This document shows, piece after piece, positions 1 to 8,283 of a stretch of DNA of 13,455 nucleotides. This stretch comes from Atribacterota bacterium (GTDB lineage Bacteria; Atribacterota; Phoenicimicrobiia; Phoenicimicrobiales; Phoenicimicrobiaceae), in assembly GCA_038203565.1 (NCBI GenBank), contig JBBRDV010000033.1:1-13455 (forward strand), given 5' to 3'. The first letter of the stretch is position 1; every line of letters starts with the position of its first letter. The position numbers and the translations under genes are program-made. Under the pieces are notes generated by a model, which searched no databases, was not told where the DNA came from, and saw only the letters and a list, made by a program, of their open reading frames with translations.

Positions 1-2
1 GG

Positions 3-2924
3 ACAGAATTCAATTACGACCAGGATGATTTTTATTTTAAAAATATGAAAGCAGAGGTTGAAGGAGGCATTATCGAGGGCGCAGGTAAAATTAATCTTAA
101 AAGCGAGATGCCCGAATATAATCTTCTATTTAACCTTGCTCAATTTGACGTAGAAAGTGATTTTCTAAAATCCTTCCATTTGGATTATTTTAAAAATGGA
201 TTATTGTCTGGAAAATTTGAGATTAGAGGGATTATTGCCCAGGGTGAAAAAATAAACCTTTCTGCCGAAGCGAAGGTTGAAAGTGGAACAGGAATTCTTT
301 CTCTAAAAGCCGAAGGTGTAATTGCTGAAAATAATTATATGAACTTAAAATTAAATACCTCAGGAATTAATTTAGAAGAACTGGGAAAAACTTTAAATTA
401 TAAAGAGATTAAAGGACTGGTGAATTTTACCGGAGAGTTGAGCGGTCAGCCCGATAATCTAAAAATCAAAGGTAAAATTGAAGTAGAAAAAGGACAGATA
501 TCCGAATTGCCTTTTGATTATTTAGAAGGGAAGATAGATTATCAGGACAATAAGTTAAAGGTGGAAGAGTTTGTTTTTAAAAATGAAGGTTTAGGCTTTA
601 AAGGCAAGGGAAATCTTGATTTTTCTGAGGGGAAAGCTGTTGAAACGAACTTTGTCTTAAAGATGGAGCAGGCTGATATAGACTATCTGGCAAAACTTTT
701 TAAATATAATTTTCCCTTATCCGGTTTGGCTCAAGGAGAAATTACCATTGAAGGAATTTGGCCGAAAATAACTGCACGCGGTGATTTAGGGTTAAAAGAT
801 ATTGATTTGGTTAGCCTTAAAGCAGAGTCCGGGAATCTTATCTTTGTTTTAGAAGATAACAAGATAAGAATTGAAAGTATGGTTTTAAATTCTGGGAAAA
901 CCCAGCTCTATGCGCAAGGTGAAGTTAATTTAAAAGAAGTATCACCCTTGGATCTAAGAGTAAATTTCTTAAATCAGGACATCTCAATCTTATTGTCTAA
1001 TTTTATAGAATCAAATTTAATAAGTAAATGCAAAGGACAAGCCACAGGTTCTCTGGAGATAAAAGGCAACTATCCTTCTCCCGACCTATATCTATCAGCC
1101 TTGATCGAAGATGCCCAATTAGAAGGAGTACCCTTTAACTCCATAGAAGTAAAATTAGATAAAATTAGTTCTGTGGTCAGGATTAATCAGTTAATACTGA
1201 GTCAAAGAAAAGGGGAGCTTGTAGCCGGGGGATGGATTAATCTTGATGAAGATAATAAAAATTTAGATATTCACCTTTCAGCCGATAATGTAGATTTGAG
1301 CCAATTATCTAATCTTTTTGGTATAGAAGATGAGATTGAAGGTCTGGTAAACTTTAAGGCAGAGGTTACGGGAGATATTGGCTTACCTAATATATCTTTC
1401 TCGGCCAAGGTTGAAAAGGGGAAATTTCAGGATTTTATTTTTGATAATCTTACTTTTGAAGCTCTCTATAATCAGGATATCTTAGAGGTTAAACAATTTG
1501 TTCTGGATAAAGAAGGTCATCAAATAAAAGGAATGGGCAAGATTCCTTATAAGTTTTCTTCTATGAGTAAAGAAAAATTTACCTCAAGTTTCACCGATAT
1601 TCCCATAGATTTTATCCTTACTCTGGAAAATACTAATTTAAGTTTTCTTAGTATGTTCTTTAGAAAAGATATTAAACAGGTCCAAGGCTTGACCAATACT
1701 GAATTAAAACTTTCCGGGACTTTAAACCAACCGATTTTAAATGGCAATATTGCTATTAACGGCGGTTTGATAGAGTTTTATAAATTACCGGTAAAGATAA
1801 GCGATGTAAATGTTTTGCTGCGCTTGGAAGATAATTTAGTCAAGATAGAAGATATGAACTTCCAGGTTGACCAATATAGAATTTATACTTCCGGAGAATT
1901 TGCTTGGAAAAACTTGCAATTTCAGGATTTAAATATTAATATATGGAGTAATAAGGAGGAAATTCTATACCAGGATATTTTCAAGGCTCAGGCTGATTTG
2001 AAAGCAAAGTTAACCGGTCTCTTTACTTCTCCCCACCTAGAAGGAATTTTAACTCTTTCTCAGGGAGAACTAAACTGGGGAAAAAATAATAAAGAAATTC
2101 CTTCTAACCCATTGGAACTTCTATCTAAATTAAATAACCTTAAAGGAGATATCGATCTCGAAGTACAAATTTTAGATGATTTCATGGCTAAAACCAATGA
2201 TTTCGATTTGAAATTAGTAGGAGGTCTAAAAGTTCAGGGAGCTCTGTCTGCTCTCAAATTAAACGGGGGGTTAGATATTAAACAGGGCTATGTCACCTTT
2301 TTAAATAAGAAATTCAGAGTATCTGAAGGCAAAATAATATTTGTCGATTCTACTGGAGAAGATATGATTTTAGATATAAGAGCAAAGACTGAAATTGATG
2401 ACATAGATGTGTTTGTTAATGTAGGTGGAATTCTTGCTCAACCGGTGGTTACTTTTAGTTCTTCTCCTGCTTTAAATGAAAGCGAGATCATTTCTCTATT
2501 AATGTTTAATAAAAACTACGCCGGATTAACCGAAGGAGAGATGGGAACAATTTTACAAGAAGAAATGATTAATTTGATAGCTCAAGGATTGAGTATAAGA
2601 TTTTTAAACCAGATAGAAGATGAAATTGCTAATTCTTTAGGGTTAGATGAGTTTAAAATTGAGACAATCTTTAAAAAAGAGCAGGATTCTGATTTAACTC
2701 ACATTCCTGGTTTTGCTTTAGACAGTTTAGTTCTTAAAGTAGGAAAGTATTTTTCAGATAATTTTTATTTATCCTATTCTGCGCCTTTATTTGAAATGGA
2801 AATAGGTGACTTGAAATTAGAATATAAACTTAAAAATGACCTGACTTTAAGTACTCAAATAGGTTCAGTAGGTTCACAGGATGATGCTTTTGAATTAAAA
2901 TTTGAATTAAAATTTGAATTTTAA
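3..2924 (+). CDS. tamB: TamB/AsmA-like envelope protein with C-terminal DUF490-type domain; 5'-truncated by the window edge
   Basis: The frame is open from position 3 (TEFNYDQDDFYFKN precedes the Met at 45), so the true start is upstream. The protein has repetitive beta-taco segments (e.g. LSGTLNQPILNGNI, LTGLFTSPHLEG) and a TamB-like C-terminus (SSSPALNESEIISLL...VGKYFSDNFYLSY...LEYKL...FEF). It lies directly upstream of an Omp85 gene. Confidence 0.88.
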   Translation, partial: TEFNYDQDDFYFKNMKAEVEGGIIEGAGKINLKSEMPEYNLLFNLAQFDVESDFLKSFHLDYFKNGLLSGKFEIRGIIAQGEKINLSAEAKVESGTGILSLKAEGVIAENNYMNLKLNTSGINLEELGKTLNYKEIKGLVNFTGELSGQPDNLKIKGKIEVEKGQISELPFDYLEGKIDYQDNKLKVEEFVFKNEGLGFKGKGNLDFSEGKAVETNFVLKMEQADIDYLAKLFKYNFPLSGLAQGEITIEGIWPKITARGDLGLKDIDLVSLKAESGNLIFVLEDNKIRIESMVLNSGKTQLYAQGEVNLKEVSPLDLRVNFLNQDISILLSNFIESNLISKCKGQATGSLEIKGNYPSPDLYLSALIEDAQLEGVPFNSIEVKLDKISSVVRINQLILSQRKGELVAGGWINLDEDNKNLDIHLSADNVDLSQLSNLFGIEDEIEGLVNFKAEVTGDIGLPNISFSAKVEKGKFQDFIFDNLTFEALYNQDILEVKQFVLDKEGHQIKGMGKIPYKFSSMSKEKFTSSFTDIPIDFILTLENTNLSFLSMFFRKDIKQVQGLTNTELKLSGTLNQPILNGNIAINGGLIEFYKLPVKISDVNVLLRLEDNLVKIEDMNFQVDQYRIYTSGEFAWKNLQFQDLNINIWSNKEEILYQDIFKAQADLKAKLTGLFTSPHLEGILTLSQGELNWGKNNKEIPSNPLELLSKLNNLKGDIDLEVQILDDFMAKTNDFDLKLVGGLKVQGALSALKLNGGLDIKQGYVTFLNKKFRVSEGKIIFVDSTGEDMILDIRAKTEIDDIDVFVNVGGILAQPVVTFSSSPALNESEIISLLMFNKNYAGLTEGEMGTILQEEMINLIAQGLSIRFLNQIEDEIANSLGLDEFKIETIFKKEQDSDLTHIPGFALDSLVLKVGKYFSDNFYLSYSAPLFEMEIGDLKLEYKLKNDLTLSTQIGSVGSQDDAFELKFELKFEF

Positions 2925-2930
2925 AATAAA

Positions 2931-3013
2931 GGGGTCAGGTCTCAACATTTGACATAACATTTTTGGCTGTCTTGTTTAGCAGTGAGTTATGTCAAATGTT
3001 GAGACCTGACCCC
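2931..3013. repeat. Perfect 28-bp inverted repeat with 27-nt spacer (MITE/REP-like, GGGGTCAGGTCT type)
   Basis: 2931-2958 GGGGTCAGGTCTCAACATTTGACATAAC is the exact reverse complement of 2986-3013 GTTATGTCAAATGTTGAGACCTGACCCC. No U-tract follows, and it sits between co-oriented genes. Confidence 0.9.
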
Positions 3014-3043
3014 CAATCAAAATTTTTAAAGGAGGAATAAAAA

Positions 3044-4810
3044 GTGAGAAAGAACAAATGGAACAAGATACTTGTATTTGGAATTTTAACTTTAATATTT
3101 ATTTTGAGTAGTTTAAGTTTAGTCCAAGCACAGGTAAACAATCAAGGAAAGATAACTGCTATAGTCGTAGAGGGGAATGAAAGCATTTCTAAGAGTTTAA
3201 TCATTTCCCAAATTGCCTCTAACCTGGGAGACGTTTTTTCTAAAGAAAATATTGAAAAAGATATGAAAGCAGTATATGATCTGGGTTATTTCAAAGATGT
3301 TAAAATAAAATTAGAATCATTTAGAGATGGTTACAAAGTAGTCTTTGAAGTAGTGGAAAATTTACCCATTAAAGAGATTAATATTAAGGGAAATACCGTA
3401 GTTTCTGAGGAAGAGATGCGAGAAGTAATGGTTTTGCAAGAAGGGCAAATTTTTTGTCAGAAGATATTAAAAAACGACCTTGACCGTATTTCTCAACTAT
3501 TTAAAGACCGTGGGTATCTTTTAATTAATATTAAAGATATTAATTTTGATGAAGAAGGAAAATTATGGATAAATATTTCTGAAGGCCGACTGGAAAAGAT
3601 AATAATTGAAGGTAATGATAAGACCAAAGAAAAGGTAATTACCAGAGAAATTAATATTGAACCCGGCGACCTCTTCAATTTTGAGATAGTAAAAAAATCT
3701 TTACAGAAAATCTATAACTTAGGATATTTCGAAGATGTAAGTATGAAATTGGATCCTGGTGCCGAAGAAGATTCAATAGTTTTGGTTATAAAAGTAATTG
3801 AGAAAAATACAGGAAAATTTGGTATTGGAGCAGGATATAACTCCGAAGAAGGCCTTATGGGATTTACTAGTTACGAGGAGAGCAATCTTTTTGGCGGAGG
3901 ACAGAAAGTAGAAGCTAAAGTAGAAATTGGTGGTCGTACTACTTATCAACTTTCTTTCCTTGAACCCTGGTTAGTTGGTACACCTAATTCCTTTGGTTTT
4001 GAAATATATGATACTATAAACCACAAAGAAGATAAGGAAGCAGAAGTAATTCTTGCTGAGTATGATGAAGAGAGGTTGGGAGGAAGACTTATTTTTGGAA
4101 GGAGGATAAGTGATTCAGTTAAATTAGGATTGGAATTGAAGAGTGAGAGGGTAACCTATGATCTAATTTCCGGAACCCTGCCTGAAGATACCAATCAAGG
4201 GTTAACTAATAGCCTTGTGCCTACTTTATCCTATGATACTCGCGATAATGTATTAGAACCTACTTCCGGTTGGTATCATAGTTTTTCTTTAGAAAAAGCG
4301 GGAGGATTTCTAGGAGGAGATTATGAGTTTACCAAATACAATTTAAATTTTAGAGCCTACATTTCTACCCAGTTTATCGGGGACATAGTCAATACTAATA
4401 GTAGCAGTAATAGCAGCGTTAAAAAAATAACTGATAATTTAAGTCAGGGGGTATTAGCTCTCCGGGCGATGGGTGGAATAGCGGATACTGATCTACCTTC
4501 TTTTGCAGAATATCAGGTAGGGGGAATGAATACCGTAAGAGGTTATGATTTAGGTGAATTTTCCGGGGATAAATCTTTGGTATTTAATGTGGAGTACAGA
4601 TTTCCTTTAACTGAAAATTTCCAGGCAGTGCTTTTTGCAGATTGGGGTCAAGCTTGGGATATTGGACAAAGTATTAATTTAGATGATTTAAAGTTTGGTC
4701 GGGGAATAGGTGTCCGTTTTGATACTCCTATTGGGCCAATTAGATTAGACTATGGAATTAATGAAGAAGGAGTAGGAAAGACTTACTTCAGCATAGGGCA
4801 TATGTTTTAA
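3044..4810 (+). CDS. bamA: Omp85-family outer membrane protein assembly factor (BamA/TamA), signal peptide + 3 POTRA + beta-barrel
   Basis: GTG start with RBS AAAGGAGGA (3028-3036) and a signal peptide ending VQA. Three POTRA repeats (I..I...GN...GYF/GYL), barrel start GIGAGYNS, the conserved VRGY motif, GIGVRFDTPIGPIRLDYG and a terminal Phe. Confidence 0.93.
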   Translation: MRKNKWNKILVFGILTLIFILSSLSLVQAQVNNQGKITAIVVEGNESISKSLIISQIASNLGDVFSKENIEKDMKAVYDLGYFKDVKIKLESFRDGYKVVFEVVENLPIKEINIKGNTVVSEEEMREVMVLQEGQIFCQKILKNDLDRISQLFKDRGYLLINIKDINFDEEGKLWINISEGRLEKIIIEGNDKTKEKVITREINIEPGDLFNFEIVKKSLQKIYNLGYFEDVSMKLDPGAEEDSIVLVIKVIEKNTGKFGIGAGYNSEEGLMGFTSYEESNLFGGGQKVEAKVEIGGRTTYQLSFLEPWLVGTPNSFGFEIYDTINHKEDKEAEVILAEYDEERLGGRLIFGRRISDSVKLGLELKSERVTYDLISGTLPEDTNQGLTNSLVPTLSYDTRDNVLEPTSGWYHSFSLEKAGGFLGGDYEFTKYNLNFRAYISTQFIGDIVNTNSSSNSSVKKITDNLSQGVLALRAMGGIADTDLPSFAEYQVGGMNTVRGYDLGEFSGDKSLVFNVEYRFPLTENFQAVLFADWGQAWDIGQSINLDDLKFGRGIGVRFDTPIGPIRLDYGINEEGVGKTYFSIGHMF

Positions 4811-4839
4811 GGGATAATTGACCAATTTTAAAAAAATTC

Positions 4840-4866
4840 GTAGGACGGACGTCTCGCCTGTCTTAC
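4840..4866 (+). repeat. GTAG-type REP hairpin (degenerate)
   Basis: GTAGGACGGACGTCTCGCCTGTCTTAC has a GTAG head and an imperfect hairpin (GTAGGACGG/CTGTCTTAC with G-T pairs), about 30 nt after the bamA stop. Confidence 0.6.
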
Positions 4867-4874
4867 TAATTAAT

Positions 4875-4968
4875 GACTGGTTAACTAATACTTAATCGGT
4901 AAACAGGTTAACCGGGTAACTGGGTAACTATGCATACGAGATACGGTTCACGAGATACGAGATACTAT
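4875..4968. repeat. Degenerate octamer array followed by heptamer array
   Basis: Octamers GACTGGTT AACTAATA (4875-4890), then AATCGGTA AACAGGTT AACCGGGT AACTGGGT AACT (4894-4929). Heptamers ATACGAG ATACGGT TCACGAG ATACGAG ATACTAT (4934-4968). Confidence 0.8.
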
Positions 4969-5009
4969 TTTTGATGAGATAATATATAAAAAAATTAAGG
5001 AGGAAAATA

Positions 5010-5570
5010 ATGCAAGTAGTAGAAAAAAGGATAGGGAATAAAGCAATTTTTATTTTATTGTACACAGTAGTAATCTTTTTATTTTTAAGTTTTCAAAATA
5101 TTGAGGCAGCAGTAGGAAAGATAGGTCTAGTTAATTTGGGGGAAATTACATCCGCTCATCCTTATACCCAAAACATTAATCAACTTAGTCTAAACTTACG
5201 AGACGAACTTCAAAAACGTCAGGAAGAATTAAATACACAAGGAAAAGGACTTGATGAAACTGGACTTAAAAAGTTGGAAGATAAATTTAATAAAGAATGG
5301 ACACCAATTAAAGAAAAGATCCTTACCGAGATAAAATCGTACCAGGCGTCTCGTTATTCAGATATTATTGAAGCAATGAAGGTAATAGGAGATAAAGGAG
5401 AATATGATTTAATATTAAATAGTGAGATAAAAGTGCCAACTGGGGCTGGGACCGATATTTTAAATTATCCTATTGCTCTCTATGGAGGAGAGGATATTAC
5501 TCAGGATGTCATAGCAGAGATTAATAGAAAATTAGCAGAAAAACAGAAAGAAAAAAATAAAACGCCATGA
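5010..5570 (+). CDS. ompH: OmpH/Skp-family periplasmic chaperone
   Basis: RBS AAGGAGG and a signal peptide. N-terminal [10 protein letters not shown]...HP strand, coiled-coil middle and C-terminal YDLIL...[11 protein letters not shown] motif. It directly follows bamA. Confidence 0.85.
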   Translation: MQVVEKRIGNKAIFILLYTVVIFLFLSFQNIEAAVGKIGLVNLGEITSAHPYTQNINQLSLNLRDELQKRQEELNTQGKGLDETGLKKLEDKFNKEWTPIKEKILTEIKSYQASRYSDIIEAMKVIGDKGEYDLILNSEIKVPTGAGTDILNYPIALYGGEDITQDVIAEINRKLAEKQKEKNKTP

Positions 5571-5995
5571 AACAAAAATTATCCATAGGTGAAATTATAA
5601 ATCTTATACCCCATCGTTATCCTTTTTTATTGGTGGATAAAATATTAGAGCTGGAAGGAAATAAAATTGTAGGGGTTAAAAATGTTTCCATAAACGAACC
5701 TTTTTTTCAGGGACATTTTCCGGGACATCCGGTGATGCCCGGAGTTCTCATACTTGAAGCTATGGCTCAAACCGGCTGTGTCCTGATGTTCTCCAAAGAG
5801 GAAAATAAGGGGAAGATCCCCTTGTTCGCCGGCATCGATAAGGCTCGTTTTAAAAAACCGGTTTATCCCGGTGACCGATTGATCATTAAAGTGGAAATTT
5901 TAAAGATGGTAAGAGGAATTGGCAAGGCAAAAGCAGAAGCCTATGTGGATGATAATCTGGCAGCTTTTGCAGAGCTTCTCTTTACGGCTGTCTAA
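5567..5995 (+). CDS. fabZ: 3-hydroxyacyl-ACP dehydratase FabZ
   Basis: Motifs [38 protein letters not shown] and [11 protein letters not shown]. It overlaps the ompH stop by 4 nt (ATGA), suggesting translational coupling. Confidence 0.97.
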   Translation: MKQKLSIGEIINLIPHRYPFLLVDKILELEGNKIVGVKNVSINEPFFQGHFPGHPVMPGVLILEAMAQTGCVLMFSKEENKGKIPLFAGIDKARFKKPVYPGDRLIIKVEILKMVRGIGKAKAEAYVDDNLAAFAELLFTAV

Positions 5996-5996
5996 A

Positions 5997-6031
5997 ATAG
6001 TATATAGTCGCTAGTATATAGTATATAGTAT
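5997..6031. repeat. Heptamer tandem array (ATAGTAT)x5, degenerate
   Basis: ATAGTAT ATAGTCG CTAGTAT ATAGTAT ATAGTAT, starting 2 nt after the fabZ stop. Confidence 0.85.
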
Positions 6032-6045
6032 TCGAGCGCATACAG

Positions 6046-6102
6046 GTAGGGGCTTGATTTATCAAGCCCGCAAAACTCGGGTTGAATAAATTCAACCCCT
6101 AC
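6046..6102. repeat. REPIN-like doublet: two GTAG-REPs in inverted orientation
   Basis: + strand GTAGGGGCTTGATTTATCAAGCCC (6046-6069) and - strand GTAGGGGTTGAATTTATTCAACCC (6079-6102). Each has a GTAG head plus a palindrome, and they are 9 nt apart. Confidence 0.85.
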
Positions 6103-6162
6103 ATTAAAAATAATACTTTAATACAAAAAAGGTTTTGAATTTTGAATTATGGAGAGAAAATC

Positions 6163-6885
6163 GTGCAGGGAATAAGAACAGAAAATTTAGTAAAAATTTA
6201 CCGGAAAAGACGAGTGGTTGATGATATTAGCTTAGAGATTAACCAAGGCGAGGTAGTAGGTCTTTTAGGACCAAATGGGGCAGGAAAGACCACTACCTTT
6301 TATATAATAGTGGGCTTAATAGCTCCGGATAAGGGGAAAGTGTCTTTTAACGGCAAAGCAATTACCAAAATCCCTATGTTTCAGAGAGCCAGGATGGGTT
6401 TGGGTTATTTAGCCCAGGAACCTTCAATCTTTCGCAAGCTTACTGTAGAAGAAAATCTCCTTTTAATTTTAGAATCTTTGGGAGTTAAGAGAGATGAACG
6501 GAGAGAAAGATGTTATTCCTTATTAAAGGAGCTGGAAATAGACCATCTCGCTGATTACAAAGGGTTTATGCTTTCCGGAGGAGAAAGACGCCGGGTAGAA
6601 ATAGCCCGAACTTTAACTAGCTCACCTTCTTTTATGTTGCTTGACGAACCCTTTACCGGTGTTGATCCAATTGCTGTTTATGATATCCAGGAAATAATTT
6701 CTTACCTAAAGGAGAAGGGATTAGGAATATTAATTACCGACCATAATGTGAGAGAGACCCTTAAAATTACTGATCGAGCTTATATTATGCATAACGGAAA
6801 AATACTAACCTCGGGAACTCCCCAGAAGGTAGCCAATTGTGAAATAACCCGCAAAATCTATCTGGGGGAGAGATTTAATCTGTAA
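6163..6885 (+). CDS. lptB: LptB-type ABC ATPase
   Basis: Walker A GPNGAGKTT, LptB-like YLAQEPSIFRKLTVEEN, signature LSGGERRRVEIAR, Walker B LLDEPFTGVDPIAV, ITDHNVRETL and terminal YLGERFNL. The GTG at 6163 with GGAG RBS at 6151 is preferred over the TTG at 6142 and gives 240 aa. Confidence 0.93.
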   Translation: MQGIRTENLVKIYRKRRVVDDISLEINQGEVVGLLGPNGAGKTTTFYIIVGLIAPDKGKVSFNGKAITKIPMFQRARMGLGYLAQEPSIFRKLTVEENLLLILESLGVKRDERRERCYSLLKELEIDHLADYKGFMLSGGERRRVEIARTLTSSPSFMLLDEPFTGVDPIAVYDIQEIISYLKEKGLGILITDHNVRETLKITDRAYIMHNGKILTSGTPQKVANCEITRKIYLGERFNL

Positions 6886-6892
6886 AAACAGT

Positions 6893-6964
6893 ATTTGGTA
6901 GATTGGCCGATTGGTAGATTGGAAGATTAATTTAATTGGTTAATTGGTAAATTGGAGAATTAAT
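6893..6964. repeat. Octamer tandem array (~9 degenerate units, core ATTGG)
   Basis: ATTTGGTA GATTGGCC GATTGGTA GATTGGAA GATTAATT TAATTGGT TAATTGGT AAATTGGA GAATTAAT. It fills almost the whole lptB-DUF3084 gap. Confidence 0.85.
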
Positions 6965-6967
6965 AAC

Positions 6968-8032
6968 ATGTACAGCCTTATTCTAATATTTACAGTTATC
7001 ATAATGAGCGGATTAATCGCTTTTATCGGTGATTGGGTAGGCCTTAAAATAGGCAAAAAAAGAGTGACTATCTTTGGATTACGTCCCCACTATACCGCAA
7101 TATTTGTTACTATAATTAGTGGTATTTTCATTGCCATTATTACAGTTACCATACTCGCCATCTCCTCCAATGATGTTAGAACTGCCCTATTCGGAATGGA
7201 AGAGTTAAAAGAAAAACTTTTCTCTTTATCCCGGGACGTAGAGTTAAAAAATACACAATTATCCTCTACCAAGGAAGATTTAAATAAAAAATCTACTCAA
7301 TTACAAGAAATGGAGGAGAAATATCAGAAATTATCTGAAGATATAAAAAACAAAACAAATCAAGTGGAAGAATTAAATGCCACCATCAAAGCCCTTTACT
7401 CCGGAATTGCCTGGATTAGAGAAGGGGAAGTTATCTTTGGCTCGGACGAACAGATTGCGCTGACTATTATTCAAGGGCAAAGACCGATTGAAGAGATAAA
7501 GAAAGAGTTGATTAGTTTCCTAAATGAAGCTTCTAAAGAAGTATTAACCATGGGAGCCAAAAAAGATGAGCGAACTAATCAGGTATTTATTATTTCCCAG
7601 GAAGAATTTGAAGACATTGCCCAAAAGATATATAATAGTGGCAAAGAGATGATAGTAAGGCTTTTATCTTCTATAAACGTGGTTGAAGGAGAACCTATAG
7701 TAGCACATTTTACCCTCTTAGAGAACAAATTACTCTTTAAAATAGACGAAGAAATTATTTCCGAGGAAATTGAAAGTTTAAAAGATTATGGGGAAGTGGA
7801 AAAAAAGCTTTTATCTCTTCTAAGAAAAGTGAATATTATAGCCGTAAAAGAGGGGATAATTCCTGACCCTAAAACTAGTTTTGTAGGAATTGTATCTGCA
7901 GTTAATTTATATGATACAATTAGGACTATCGTAGGATCAAGTACAATAATGGAAGTTTCAGTAATTTCGATTAGCGATACCTGGAGTACGGGTCCCCTGA
8001 GAGTGAGGATGGAAGCCAAACCTCTTTCTTAA
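6968..8032 (+). CDS. DUF3084-like membrane protein (two N-terminal TM helices, coiled coil, C-terminal alpha/beta domains)
   Basis: The N-terminus GLIAFIGDWVGLKIGKKRVTIFGLRPHYTA matches the DUF3084 signature as I recall it (GD..G.K.GK.R...FGLRP..TA), followed by a coiled coil. The ATG at 6968 with GGAG RBS is preferred over the TTG at 6944, which lies inside the repeat array. Confidence 0.82.
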   Translation: MYSLILIFTVIIMSGLIAFIGDWVGLKIGKKRVTIFGLRPHYTAIFVTIISGIFIAIITVTILAISSNDVRTALFGMEELKEKLFSLSRDVELKNTQLSSTKEDLNKKSTQLQEMEEKYQKLSEDIKNKTNQVEELNATIKALYSGIAWIREGEVIFGSDEQIALTIIQGQRPIEEIKKELISFLNEASKEVLTMGAKKDERTNQVFIISQEEFEDIAQKIYNSGKEMIVRLLSSINVVEGEPIVAHFTLLENKLLFKIDEEIISEEIESLKDYGEVEKKLLSLLRKVNIIAVKEGIIPDPKTSFVGIVSAVNLYDTIRTIVGSSTIMEVSVISISDTWSTGPLRVRMEAKPLS

Positions 8033-8082
8033 CCAGCTAACCAGGTAACTAATTCTTAACGCGATACTCGATACTCGATACA
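8030..8082. repeat. Octamer array overlapping the stop codon plus heptamer array
   Basis: TAACCAGC TAACCAGG TAACTAAT (8030-8053; the first TAA is the stop codon). CGATACT CGATACT CGATACA (8062-8082). Confidence 0.78.
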
Positions 8083-8091
8083 AAATATTTC

Positions 8092-8121
8092 TTGACATTG
8101 CCATACATTAACAATTATAAT
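8092..8121 (+). promoter_or_regulatory. Consensus sigma70/sigmaA promoter upstream of the ompM-like gene
   Basis: TTGACA (8092-8097), 18-nt spacer, TATAAT (8116-8121). Confidence 0.75.
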
Positions 8122-8236
8122 AACAATAAAAGTATCAAAAACATAATATTGTAACCGATTATTTGTATAAAAAGTACCATATAAAATATTAAATTGAGGA
8201 AATATTGAAAATTTTTTAAATTATTTTCAAAAAAAA

Positions 8237-8264
8237 GAAGGATTTTTAAACATCGATGTAGTAT
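8237..8264 (+). promoter_or_regulatory. Possible sigmaH-like promoter
   Basis: GAAGGATTT-N12-GTAGTAT, preceded by an A-tract. It resembles the Bacillus sigmaH consensus RNAGGAWWW-N11/12-RNNGAAT with one mismatch. Confidence 0.4.
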
Positions 8265-8283
8265 GTATAGTTAATTGGAAAAA

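Noticed and set aside
1547..1747. 66-aa - strand ORF
   Set aside because: It is antisense to tamB and has no recognisable motif; a shadow ORF.
2931..3013. Terminator or promoter role for the 28-bp inverted repeat (TTGACA in each arm)
   Set aside because: No U-tract follows the stem, and there is no -10 hexamer at proper spacing from the + strand TTGACA.
3493..3678. 61-aa - strand ORF
   Set aside because: It is antisense to the bamA POTRA region; a shadow ORF.
5996..6162. Pseudogene remnants of lpxA/lptA/lptC between fabZ and lptB
   Set aside because: The gap is accounted for by the heptamer array, the REP doublet and AT-rich spacer. I see no recognisable coding remnant.
7090..8019. 60-aa and 77-aa - strand ORFs
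   Set aside because: Both are antisense to the DUF3084 gene with no independent support.
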